Part shown: in pieces, positions 17,211 through 26,325 of the stretch | Position numbering within the stretch: position 1 is the first letter of the stretch | Layout of the letters: every line of letters starts with the position of its first letter | Virus record (IMG/VR): IMGVR_UViG_3300034894_000013 | Span: 1 to 46,772 of that record | Strand: one strand, 5' to 3' | DNA length: 46,772 bases | Origin: a virus | Lineage: Duplodnaviria > Caudoviricetes | Position numbers and translations under genes: made by a program | The notes under the pieces: model-generated | Told to the model about the DNA's origin: nothing | Seen by the model: only the letters and a program-made list of their open reading frames with translations | The model's database searches: none

Positions 17211-17426
17211 TTATAATCCTGCAATTCTTATTATTGGCATATCGATATCAATTTTTTCGACAATTCCACCTTCCCATAGTTGATACCGTTGTTTTCTTTT
17301 TTTCCCTGGTATTTGCTCAACAAATTTTATTCTGTCACCGACTTTTATATCGGATAATCGTTTGAAGTTTTTTACGAAACATGGGAATGGTGGATGCGTT
17401 CCATATTTTATTATGATTGCTAACAT
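17211..17426 (-). CDS. Hypothetical protein
   Basis: ORF with GAGGAG RBS. Confidence 0.55.
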   Translation of the reverse strand: MLAIIIKYGTHPPFPCFVKNFKRLSDIKVGDRIKFVEQIPGKKRKQRYQLWEGGIVEKIDIDMPIIRIAGL

Positions 17427-17561
17427 CTTTTTTTCTCCTCTCCTACACTATGCAGTAGGCGCACTGGCCGCGCTCAGAGGCGACCGCTGAGACATCGGGC
17501 TATCGTACCCGACCACGTACAGGCTGATAATCGGTGGCCTGAACGATACTATCGAAGCGAA

Positions 17562-17801
17562 TTATTCAGCGTCTTCGAATGGTTCGAATGTCACTGTTAC
17601 ATCGTCTATCGAAAACTCTCCGTCCGTCCTGTTGTCCCATAGTCTCTGTTCGAACTGATCATCCTCGAACGCGGTCTTGATTTCTGCTGACTGGTATATA
17701 TGGCCAGGAGCCATATTGACATCAACGATGTTACCTTCTGAATCAAGTCCAATCTCAATAGTTTCTGTATATTCGTTCGCGTCTGTTAATCTAATCGTCA
17801 T
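17562..17801 (-). CDS. Acidic hypothetical protein
   Basis: Start MTIRL; D/E-rich. Confidence 0.6.
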   Translation of the reverse strand: MTIRLTDANEYTETIEIGLDSEGNIVDVNMAPGHIYQSAEIKTAFEDDQFEQRLWDNRTDGEFSIDDVTVTFEPFEDAE

Positions 17802-17919
17802 ATTGTTCCCCTCTCCGCATTTCGAGCTGCCGGTCACTCTATTGATAGATTCGCGTTACCCGAGTCACGCCCCGTGGAGGCTCTATCGTGTGCTCTACCC
17901 GCGCAAGGCGGGTTGTGTG

Positions 17920-18102
17920 TTATATTTCTCTTATTGTGTTCGACATTATGCCATTACCGTAAGGCTGATAAAAACAAATAAAAGTCTTACCTGTTTTTGT
18001 GTTTTTTCCTCTACCAAATATGCTAACTATTGGCAATAATTTTCCGAAACAGTTCGGGACTAAATCGCCTATTTTCAGATTTTCTATCTCTCTACCTGCC
18101 AT
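17920..18102 (-). CDS. Hypothetical protein (first gene after early promoter)
   Basis: Start MAGREI after GAGGGG. Confidence 0.55.
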   Translation of the reverse strand: MAGREIENLKIGDLVPNCFGKLLPIVSIFGRGKNTKTGKTFICFYQPYGNGIMSNTIREI

Positions 18103-18330
18103 GCTTTTCCCCTCTGTCTCTGTGTTACACCCCGATTTCCGGGCAACGGCTTGACAACGTTCGTCGGCCACATTAAGAGGCTCGGTCTCGGTTACTGGTC
18201 TGTCGGAGCTTATCGCTCCTATCGCTTCACCTTCGGCCTTCAGTAGATCGGGACTTTCTCGCCTGTCTGTCGGCTCCGTGCCTCGGTCTCCCGGCGATCA
18301 TCTCTGCTTTCGCATCGATCATCTATATAT

Positions 18331-18359
18331 AATATACGCCTAATCGTATAATAAGTCAA
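18331..18359 (-). promoter_or_regulatory. sigma70-type early promoter with TACGATTAG spacer and AT-rich UP element
   Basis: TTGACT-17-TATATT; A-tracts upstream. Confidence 0.8.
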
Positions 18360-18562
18360 GCTTTTTACAAAAAATATTTTTTATTTTTATTGATCTTTTT
18401 CGCCTTTATTTTCCTTTTACAAACGCTCTACAATCAATCTTTATGCGCTTAGGCGCATAATAACACCTTTTCGAAAAAGTCGCGTACCGCGCGTAGAGGC
18501 ACCTACAATCGATTTGCCTTTTTAACGCGATATATTGCGTCTTATACGTCATATGTCGCATA

Positions 18563-18775
18563 TTACCGCTTTTTCTCGTGTTTCGTCCGTGCTTTTCCGC
18601 TCATCCCTTTCCTATCGAGTATAAGATTAATGTCTTCTTGACAGTAGAGCACTGTCCGTTTGTCGATCCACTTCCCGAGCCCGTATGTGTTCCTCGCCTG
18701 GGTAACCCGCTCGACCGATAACCCTGTTTTTTCCGCTACCTGTTTTGTGGTGTATTTATAATTTTTAGTAGGCAT
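18563..18775 (-). CDS. Small HTH DNA-binding protein (MerR/excisionase-like)
   Basis: YTTKQVAEKTGLSVERV helix-turn-helix. Confidence 0.7.
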   Translation of the reverse strand: MPTKNYKYTTKQVAEKTGLSVERVTQARNTYGLGKWIDKRTVLYCQEDINLILDRKGMSGKARTKHEKKR

Positions 18776-18777
18776 AC

Positions 18778-19848
18778 TTATTTTTGCCTCCACATTCCCA
18801 AACTTACGAACGCTGAGAACGGGGCTACCACTACGAGGAACACCGCTAAAATCGAGAATAGAAAAAACTCGACATCGGCAACGTTGACGCCGAATTGTTT
18901 TGCCAGTTTCGCATACCCGTCTTCTCCTTGTTCTACATTTATTTCGGTCTTTTCAATTTGACCTTCCAATGCTGTTTCAATAATTTTCAATTCCTTTCGT
19001 GCCTCCGTTAGTTTATTTTCCGCAATCATTAAATACCAGTTTTGCGTGTTGTATTCTTTCGTACCTATTGCCAGTTTATTTAATTTATTTTTTTCCTCAT
19101 CTCTTTTTATTTCGTTTTCTCTCACCACCCTTTCCTGTCTTTCCTTTTGCTCTTTCTTAAGATCGTATTTATTGCTTTCTTTGTTTACCTGGATTTGCTC
19201 TTTATTTTTTGTTTCTTCATGCGCGTAACGTTTGTTATACTGTGACATTATAATCATAGAGCAATCGAACGCCGTAGCAAACAAAAACATAAAACAGATT
19301 ACAATTCCGGGGATCAACGCAATCGGACGGCATTTCAGCTTTTCATCGACTCGGAAAAAACTATGTTTAAACAATACTATGGCTCCCTCGATTGAGAAGG
19401 TACAGAATAACGGCATCATAATTGAAAGAATCAATGCCTTGACCGGTTCGCCTAACATTGTTGGAGTCCATTCGTACGACAACGCCGACGTTACGTATAT
19501 CGCCGCTATCGTAATCAGGAAGCACGATACCTGTATGAACCACACCATTGAAAATTTAATTTTCTTTACCTCTGAGGTAAAGACTTTTACGCCGCTTTTT
19601 ATTTGTTTCATAACCGGCGCTATAAAATCTTTTTTCCGTTCGACCGAATCCGCGAATTCTTTTTTTACGTACCAGTTCGTCGCGTACTTCGAAATCAATC
19701 CCTCTTCCTGCAATTCGTCCCGGTACTTTTTTATCTCTGCAATCGGCATTTTTGTGTACGCGCAAAGCCAATTTATCGTCGGAAAATTCTTGTCGTGGTC
19801 GTTGTAGTATTTGAGTATCGCTGTTTTGACTTTCTCTTTATCCGTCAT
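18778..19848 (-). CDS. Membrane protein with N-terminal winged-HTH-like domain and coiled coil
   Basis: FPTINWLCAYT...LQEEGLI; several hydrophobic helices; K/E-rich coiled coil. Confidence 0.6.
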   Translation of the reverse strand: MTDKEKVKTAILKYYNDHDKNFPTINWLCAYTKMPIAEIKKYRDELQEEGLISKYATNWYVKKEFADSVERKKDFIAPVMKQIKSGVKVFTSEVKKIKFSMVWFIQVSCFLITIAAIYVTSALSYEWTPTMLGEPVKALILSIMMPLFCTFSIEGAIVLFKHSFFRVDEKLKCRPIALIPGIVICFMFLFATAFDCSMIIMSQYNKRYAHEETKNKEQIQVNKESNKYDLKKEQKERQERVVRENEIKRDEEKNKLNKLAIGTKEYNTQNWYLMIAENKLTEARKELKIIETALEGQIEKTEINVEQGEDGYAKLAKQFGVNVADVEFFLFSILAVFLVVVAPFSAFVSLGMWRQK

Positions 19849-20062
19849 TTTTTACTCTTCTGCATTCAACGCATTTTTCGTTATTGTCTGATTTGCACGT
19901 TTTGACCCGGCAATCCGCGAAAAACTCGTGCTCTCCTTTGTGCGGGCATTGCCTGTTTTTGCACGTTTCGTTTTCTTTCGAACACTTGACAGGCTCTCCG
20001 AATTTTATTCTCTCTTCATTACTGTCGTGAAAAATATCAGAAGCTAATTTTCCATATCTCAT
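19838..20062 (-). CDS. Cys/His-rich hypothetical protein
   Basis: AGGAG RBS; directly downstream of promoter. Confidence 0.6.
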   Translation of the reverse strand: MRYGKLASDIFHDSNEERIKFGEPVKCSKENETCKNRQCPHKGEHEFFADCRVKTCKSDNNEKCVECRRVKNDG

Positions 20063-20080
20063 ACTTTCTCTCCTATTCTT

Positions 20081-20109
20081 AATATATAGCTAATCGTATA
20101 GGTTGTCAA
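20081..20109 (-). promoter_or_regulatory. sigma70-type promoter with TACGATTAG spacer motif
   Basis: TTGACA-17-TATATT on minus strand. Confidence 0.75.
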
Positions 20110-20201
20110 GAGAAATCAAGTTTCCCCTGTGCTCTAAACGTCTTAAGGCGCTCGCACGACTCTCGGTAATAATCCGGTGTTTTCAATGTCTTTTTGTTCG
20201 T

Positions 20202-22181
20202 TCATTTCATTTTCTCCACTTCCCCCCACGATCTACCCGTTTCGACCTCGACGCGTAACGGCACTTTCAGTTTAATAACCGTCTCCATAATATTTTTCAA
20301 TTCCATGAGTGCATCCTTCCCCTCCTTCGTATCCGGTACCGATACATCGAGCTCATCATGACAAGTCAAATGGCAAGGAATAATATCAAAAATACCATCC
20401 TTATACGCTTTGACCATTGCGCTCTTCATAATGTCCGCACCTGTCCCTGATATAACAGCCTGGAGTGCTTTGTACGTCAATTTCTCGTCGTCAAACCGTC
20501 TTCGACGTTTCAGCATTGTGCACACATAACCGTTTTTTATTGCGGAATCCTGCGCCGCTTTGCTTGTCTCCTTGATCCACGGAAGAGCTTTGTCCATTTT
20601 GTTGGCCTCTCTCCATGCTCGCATGTATTGATCGAGATACGCATATTCCGGACCTATGTCGAATTGCTCCCACCCCGCCGCGAGCTTTTGATCCCATGAC
20701 CCGGACGCGGAGAAAACCGTATTCCAGTACGTCTGTACAACGCCGTCTATAGCCGGGAGTGTTATCAATCCGAGTTGTCTACCGAGCTTATCAGCACTCA
20801 TCATATACATTTTCCCGAGTGTAAGACTTTTGAATTTTTGTTTATGCGGTTTTGCCTCACTGATACTGCATCCGAGCACGAGCGACGCGATATACTCGTA
20901 TATCAACATTGCCGGATCTGCATTCAATTTTTCCCGAAATTCTGTTGCACCTCTACCCCTCGCGTAGTGTATTCCGATAACCATTTCCATTTTCGAGTAA
21001 TCAAGTTTTGCCCATGTATTATTTTCTTCGGGTATAAACAGAGAACGGATAAGGCCACCTATATTCTCTTCGTCGCCCTCCGCGTCCTTTCTCGGGATGA
21101 CCTGGAGAGACGGCGCGGACGACGAAAATCTTCCAATCCTCGTTCCGTATTCTTCTCCGTTCTCCCTGCTGATTCGTAACGGATTGAATTCCGTATGAAT
21201 ACGCCCGTCTATTATATGCGGCTCCAATCCCTCGATATAGGTTGACTTTGTTTTCTTGACGTGGCGATACTCGATTATCGCCTCACCTAAGGCATAACCG
21301 TTTTTTCTTAACGATTCCTTATCAAAACAGGCATTATCCTTATCGGTCATTTCGTATTTATATCCGAGCTTGTCGAATGCCCGTCGAATAAATGCGTTTG
21401 TGATCGTTCCGTTTTCGTTTATTTCTATATCGTATTTTTCTTTTAGCTCTTTTTGTAATTTTATTTCTTTTTCTTCGCACTGCTCTTTTAATTTGTTTAA
21501 TTTATTTACGTCTATTCTGACCCCGGTTCGTTTCATTTGTAATAAGACAGGAATTAACGACCGCTCTAAATCGTAAACTGTTTCGAGATTTCGACTCTTT
21601 ATCTCCGGCATTTGCAGATTATGAATTTCGAGTGTTTGTCTACAATCTCCATGAGCGCAATATTTCGCGACGAGCGAAACAGGCATCAAATAGATGTATT
21701 GCCGGGGGTCTCCTTTCAATCCTTTCGATTTGCACCAGCTGTCCATTTCCTTCGTTTCTTTTTTTTCATTAAGCCATTCTTGCGACATCGAGTCGAGCGA
21801 ATACGATTTTTTGTTTTCGTCCAGCAACGGACCTCCGAATTGTATATCGTACGGATTATCCGGTATATATCCGTCGTACTGCGTGTAGTCGAGGTCGTAA
21901 AGAATATTCGCCCCCACGGTCGGTACGTGTTTTAACGATTTCAACCAGCGAAAAAGTTTTTCTCTGTTTACATTTTCGAATTTTTCGCCTTCAAAAAGCT
22001 CCTCGTCTTGCGGTTTATGCGCTATCGGGAAATACCACTGCTTGTCTAACGCCGCGATACCGACGCCTAAAATATATCCGTCTCGTCGTGCACCGCTTCC
22101 TAATCCTTTGCCTATCGACGGATCGTATGTTTCGATATCGAACGCGATTATTTTTTCATTTGATAAATTGGGAAACGTCAT
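20202..22181 (-). CDS. DNA polymerase, family A, with 3'-5' exonuclease
   Basis: FDIET, ANILYD exo motifs; GRFSS, DYSxxE, K...LG..Y, HDEL polymerase motifs. Confidence 0.93.
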   Translation of the reverse strand: MTFPNLSNEKIIAFDIETYDPSIGKGLGSGARRDGYILGVGIAALDKQWYFPIAHKPQDEELFEGEKFENVNREKLFRWLKSLKHVPTVGANILYDLDYTQYDGYIPDNPYDIQFGGPLLDENKKSYSLDSMSQEWLNEKKETKEMDSWCKSKGLKGDPRQYIYLMPVSLVAKYCAHGDCRQTLEIHNLQMPEIKSRNLETVYDLERSLIPVLLQMKRTGVRIDVNKLNKLKEQCEEKEIKLQKELKEKYDIEINENGTITNAFIRRAFDKLGYKYEMTDKDNACFDKESLRKNGYALGEAIIEYRHVKKTKSTYIEGLEPHIIDGRIHTEFNPLRISRENGEEYGTRIGRFSSSAPSLQVIPRKDAEGDEENIGGLIRSLFIPEENNTWAKLDYSKMEMVIGIHYARGRGATEFREKLNADPAMLIYEYIASLVLGCSISEAKPHKQKFKSLTLGKMYMMSADKLGRQLGLITLPAIDGVVQTYWNTVFSASGSWDQKLAAGWEQFDIGPEYAYLDQYMRAWREANKMDKALPWIKETSKAAQDSAIKNGYVCTMLKRRRRFDDEKLTYKALQAVISGTGADIMKSAMVKAYKDGIFDIIPCHLTCHDELDVSVPDTKEGKDALMELKNIMETVIKLKVPLRVEVETGRSWGEVEKMK

Positions 22182-22330
22182 TTATCTTTTTCCTCGCACC
22201 TCTGTTTTATTATTACGCCTCTATCGATTTTATAACAAGCATGTTTTCCGCATTTACTGTGTTGCTCATGATCCGCGTTACACGGACATTTAATATTTTC
22301 GCATAACGCGCCTTTTATATTGCATTTCAT
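22178..22330 (-). CDS. Cys/His-rich small protein (50 aa)
   Basis: MKCNIKGALCENIKCPCNADHEQHSKC...; ATGA overlaps at both ends; below ORF-track cutoff. Confidence 0.5.
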   Translation of the reverse strand: MKCNIKGALCENIKCPCNADHEQHSKCGKHACYKIDRGVIIKQRCEEKDK

Positions 22331-22650
22331 CTTATTCTCCTTTCAAAATAATCGATCAATTCCTTGACGGATTTAAACAGATACGAGTTTGTATCAGTAA
22401 ACAGTTTTAATCCCTCGTCGTCTTTTCGCAAAATAAAAATATCGATGTTTATCTGATTATCGAAATAAAAAATTTTTTGTAGTTCGTTTATTTTATTTTT
22501 TTCGAATTTAAATTCCAATAAAAAAAATCTTTTTCGTTTCGCGCATAGACAATCAGGTATTCCTCGTCCTAATGTTTCGAGACTGATGACGGTCCATCCT
22601 TTTTTCCGTAGCATGTCTTTAATTCGAAAGCTGTAGCTGTGTTCGCTCAT
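22327..22650 (-). CDS. VRR-NUC / PD-(D/E)XK nuclease
   Basis: MSE, GIPD, LEFK, LQ motifs. Confidence 0.8.
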   Translation of the reverse strand: MSEHSYSFRIKDMLRKKGWTVISLETLGRGIPDCLCAKRKRFFLLEFKFEKNKINELQKIFYFDNQINIDIFILRKDDEGLKLFTDTNSYLFKSVKELIDYFERRIR

Positions 22651-22943
22651 CGATTTATCTTTATCGCCTTGCAAATAAATACTTTGCGTTGTTTCAGCTC
22701 CCCCGTTGATCTCCACTCCTCTATTTTTTCGTATCCTTTTATTTTTACAGGGGTGCCTTTTTTATACTCGTCTTCTTTTAAAATCTTATGCCCCATTATT
22801 TTTTCTCCTACCTCTTCCCACGCAGTAACGAGTATATTCCCTCCTTCGTCGATATTGATGTAAAAATTACAGACAAATTTACCAGTCCTTGTATATTGAC
22901 CGATTGGATCGGCCACTATAACACCTGTTATAATTTTATTCAT
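22647..22943 (-). CDS. ssb: Single-stranded DNA-binding protein (OB fold)
   Basis: NKIITG..VADP, VCNF, VTAW, KGTPVKIKG; lacks acidic tail. Confidence 0.75.
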   Translation of the reverse strand: MNKIITGVIVADPIGQYTRTGKFVCNFYINIDEGGNILVTAWEEVGEKIMGHKILKEDEYKKGTPVKIKGYEKIEEWRSTGELKQRKVFICKAIKINR

Positions 22944-22959
22944 GTTTCCCTCCAAAAAA

Positions 22960-23574
22960 TTAAAATTTTAATAGCGGCATAATGGCACACGCAAAACAAA
23001 TCATACGTTCAGGATTTCTATATTCGTTTTCTAATTGTTGTGGCCTCCCTATTATGATAACAGGTTTTCCAGTGCCACCTTGAAATAAATAAAACGTATC
23101 TCGAAATGGCATATTCGCGATTGGTTTTAAATAATCCGGGTTTATAGGGTCTTCGCGTGTAGCAGAAAAAACTAAATTGCTTAATGTGACCTTTGCATTT
23201 TTAACCTTAACCGCCGGAAGAGGTTCCGCCGACTCTGGAAATATTCTTCTTGCGTTTTTAATTGGTAGCACGCTTGTGTCATTTCGATATATAAAAATTA
23301 TATTCTTAGCCGATATTGCAACATTATAAAAACCGTTTTTCATGTTATCGAAAGACGGGTCAGATAAAATAAATAACGCTATACCGTCTGATGTATATAA
23401 ACACCCGTTTTCAAACCATGGAAATTCAAGATTGAACCGTAAAAAATCACGGCTACAATATTTTAAACTTTCCTTTATATATTTATATACAATAGCGTTT
23501 TTCATAATACACAAAGTAGTTAAATCCCCAGATTTAGTTTCCAGCGGTAACGCGTCTTTCTTATTCCAATTCAT
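22960..23574 (-). CDS. Hypothetical protein, possibly degenerate sliding-clamp-like
   Basis: YTSDG..L, INPDYL, terminal AIMPL resemble beta-clamp-like phage proteins; GGAGG RBS. Confidence 0.4.
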   Translation of the reverse strand: MNWNKKDALPLETKSGDLTTLCIMKNAIVYKYIKESLKYCSRDFLRFNLEFPWFENGCLYTSDGIALFILSDPSFDNMKNGFYNVAISAKNIIFIYRNDTSVLPIKNARRIFPESAEPLPAVKVKNAKVTLSNLVFSATREDPINPDYLKPIANMPFRDTFYLFQGGTGKPVIIIGRPQQLENEYRNPERMICFACAIMPLLKF

Positions 23575-23652
23575 AACGTCCTCCAAAAAATTAGAAATAT
23601 GCCCCCTGTACGGATTCGGTCCGCCGCGTCTCGCTGACAGGGGGCGGAGAAA

Positions 23653-24522
23653 TTAGGAGAAGTCCTCCTCGTTATCATCAATTTTTTTCGAGTAGCCTTG
23701 CGCCTCCACGACTATATCGCTCATCGTAGCAATACGTGCCTTGTACGCATCGACAGCCTGGAGTACGTGCGGATACAGATACGCGTACTTTTCGTCTGTC
23801 AGTAACCCGATCTGCGTAACATCCGGGGATGCATCGCCAATAGTATAAAACGGACTTTTGTATTCCTGATTCGGATTGAGGTATGTCCCTACATCCCAAA
23901 TCGCCGCGAACATGTACTGGTTTTGCGTGTTCGGTAGTCGTACCTGTCGTGCTTTCATTACCCACTTTTTTCCGAGCGGAAAACTCGTCGATGAAAAACT
24001 CATCAACATCAATCCATCTTTCGGATGTTTTGCAGAGAGAACGAAAAGTGAAATCGTATCTGTACACGTTTCTACCGGGATTTCTTCGCCCTTGATATTG
24101 ACAGTCTTCGGTGTCACGAACGTCGAAAATGTTTTCTCGACGTACTCCCCGGCGTTGACCTTTTCTTTCATTTCGTCTACTGAGTAATTCCCCCGGAATT
24201 CCCCCATTCTCGCCCCGAACCGTGTGAATCCGTGGAATACCCCGATTATCACGAGCGGAGCTTTTCCGTTCTTTCCGGTCAAGATGTTCTTCGACGCCGT
24301 GTTGTAGATCATCCCCGGCTCAAGTCCTTCAATGTATCCGGGCTGTCCTTTCATCACAACCTCGGATTTATACCCCGCGATTTTGCACTGCGGCATCGTC
24401 TGGAAAATCTCGTCCACTCCCTCGAATCCATCAACGCCGATATTGTCAATCTGCTTGAGAAAATCGGTCGTCGATAATGCGCCCGCCGTTTTCTTGACGA
24501 CGCTTTTTGATTGTCCTGCCAT
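23653..24522 (-). CDS. Replication-module protein, putative ssDNA binding/annealing protein
   Basis: Acidic aromatic C-tail DDNEEDFS; AGGAGG RBS; location in PolA module. Confidence 0.45.
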   Translation of the reverse strand: MAGQSKSVVKKTAGALSTTDFLKQIDNIGVDGFEGVDEIFQTMPQCKIAGYKSEVVMKGQPGYIEGLEPGMIYNTASKNILTGKNGKAPLVIIGVFHGFTRFGARMGEFRGNYSVDEMKEKVNAGEYVEKTFSTFVTPKTVNIKGEEIPVETCTDTISLFVLSAKHPKDGLMLMSFSSTSFPLGKKWVMKARQVRLPNTQNQYMFAAIWDVGTYLNPNQEYKSPFYTIGDASPDVTQIGLLTDEKYAYLYPHVLQAVDAYKARIATMSDIVVEAQGYSKKIDDNEEDFS

Positions 24523-24558
24523 TTTGTAGCCTCCTAAAATATATTAACCGTTAGACGG

Positions 24559-24846
24559 TCACTTCACCTCGTAATAGAATTCATGATCGATATGATAGCT
24601 GCACGGAATATCCTCCGATTGAAACACGTTGTCAAAATAATCGTCTATCTGCCGAACGGCTTTCTTTTTATCGTTCGTCGTCAAGTGTAGTGGTATCATG
24701 AATTTTAATTCTACTTTCACTACCTGTCTCGGATAATTATTTTCGTCGTTCATCTTCAACACTCCTTCTACAATCAGACCTAATGTCGCAATTATCAATA
24801 CCGCGACGCCTACGAGACATATAAAAACATCTTTTCGTCTATTCAT
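24559..24846 (-). CDS. Hypothetical protein
   Basis: N-terminal hydrophobic segment; possible internal start at 24753. Confidence 0.5.
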   Translation of the reverse strand: MNRRKDVFICLVGVAVLIIATLGLIVEGVLKMNDENNYPRQVVKVELKFMIPLHLTTNDKKKAVRQIDDYFDNVFQSEDIPCSYHIDHEFYYEVK

Positions 24847-25505
24847 TTTATCTCTGCCTTTTCTATCGGATTGACTTTCAGAATCGTTTCATCTGGCAAG
24901 TCTTCTCCGGCTGTTATGCGGTCACGGATGATTTTGTTTCGTGTCTGCCAGTGTATCCGCATTTCTCTTTCGTAGCTCAATCCGCGTTCGGATAGGTAAT
25001 CCCGCAACTCGTCCGTGTAGTCTTCCTGTCGTAATGCGAGATTCATCTTGACATGATCGCCATATCCTTTTTTCTTAAGCCAGGAATAAAATTCGTCTTC
25101 ATCGACAACAGCGATTCGATAATCCGTTCCAATCTCTACCGTATGCCCGTCCTCGAAAGTGCAATCCATGATGCCGATTTGTTGCATGAGTGCGGGCAGT
25201 AGTTCTTGAGAAAGTTTTCGGCGTTTTTCGAGATAGTATTTCAACAAATCAAAAAGCAATTTCAAAGACGGAAATTCTCCAAGATAGGAAATCAAATCTT
25301 TGAATATTTTTGTTTTTGTGTAGTCTTTATTCTTGACTGATTGACCACACGATATACCTCCTTTCTCCGGGTCAACTTTGACGCGTCCCCCCTCGTCAAG
25401 CGCAAGTACTTGCTTGACGTATCGCTGTAACTTTCCTTTTTCTGCACTCGGTATTTTTTTATTTTTTTCTTGTACTTCTTTCAAAAAATCAATTGTGCTG
25501 CTCAT
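24843..25505 (-). CDS. Conserved-type phage replication-module protein
   Basis: LPALM...WLKKKGYGD...IHWQT pattern typical of PolA-linked phage ORFs. Confidence 0.55.
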   Translation of the reverse strand: MSSTIDFLKEVQEKNKKIPSAEKGKLQRYVKQVLALDEGGRVKVDPEKGGISCGQSVKNKDYTKTKIFKDLISYLGEFPSLKLLFDLLKYYLEKRRKLSQELLPALMQQIGIMDCTFEDGHTVEIGTDYRIAVVDEDEFYSWLKKKGYGDHVKMNLALRQEDYTDELRDYLSERGLSYEREMRIHWQTRNKIIRDRITAGEDLPDETILKVNPIEKAEIK

Positions 25506-25712
25506 TTATACCTCCTTATCTTTAGGTATTCCAATTCTAAGTACAATCGCTGTCTTATTTGTTCCTACCACTTCAACAGATACTATCTGCGCAATCCACA
25601 AAGGCAACATAATACCAAGTTGTTCACATATTACGTCTTCAACACCAACTACGACCTCAAGCCCTGGATTCTCCGTAATCAACCGCGCTAATTTCTGTTC
25701 GTTAGTTTCCAT
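25506..25712 (-). CDS. Hypothetical protein
   Basis: Start METNEQ after GGAGGGG. Confidence 0.55.
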   Translation of the reverse strand: METNEQKLARLITENPGLEVVVGVEDVICEQLGIMLPLWIAQIVSVEVVGTNKTAIVLRIGIPKDKEV

Positions 25713-26091
25713 GTTTCCCCTCCGGTAATAACTCTGGATTCTCGTATTTGTTGCCGATGATTTCGCAATGTCGCCATTCAGGAAACCATCTATACACCAT
25801 ATCTGTTTCTGCGTGCATGCACCATCCATAATCTTGATTCCACTCTACAAGCGCGATAAATATTTTTCTTTTTATTACTTTTCGATCAGCGCCATTTGCA
25901 AACGGTGCGTTTAGAAAATCCCCCGCGTAAATATCCTTCTCGTTCTTATCCTGCTTCCCGGTAAATTGCATTATAGTCCTGCTGCATATAGGAATACTGT
26001 TTTCTTTCCACCACGCTATACCGTCTCTATCAATGTAATCAGGACACACCATCTTCTCACCATCCCATGCGCGATATTTAAACTCGGTCAT
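25702..26091 (-). CDS. YopX family protein
   Basis: FKYRAWD, MQFTGKQDKNEKDIYAGD, EIIGNKYENPELL. Confidence 0.9.
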   Translation of the reverse strand: MTEFKYRAWDGEKMVCPDYIDRDGIAWWKENSIPICSRTIMQFTGKQDKNEKDIYAGDFLNAPFANGADRKVIKRKIFIALVEWNQDYGWCMHAETDMVYRWFPEWRHCEIIGNKYENPELLPEGKHGN

Positions 26092-26092
26092 C

Positions 26093-26314
26093 TTACACAG
26101 CCTTTCCACGCACATCGAATGCGCGCTTGTAGTAGTCGATAAGGTCAGCAGGTGCAAACGGTCCATAGTCGTCATACCATTTATTTTGACTATACCATCG
26201 AATCACATTATCCAGCCAGAACGCGAACGGACACAATAGGAACCACAACGGAGCGAACATCAGTGTTATCTGTCCGCAGACGAGAATCATAGAGAGGATG
26301 AGTGATTTTTTCAT
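26093..26314 (-). CDS. Hypothetical membrane protein
   Basis: AAGGAG RBS; hydrophobic N-half. Confidence 0.5.
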   Translation of the reverse strand: MKKSLILSMILVCGQITLMFAPLWFLLCPFAFWLDNVIRWYSQNKWYDDYGPFAPADLIDYYKRAFDVRGKAV

Positions 26315-26325
26315 ATGGTTACTCC

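Noticed and set aside
18563-18775. Excisionase implying a lysogeny module
   Set aside because: No integrase or att-like context found in the apparently complete genome
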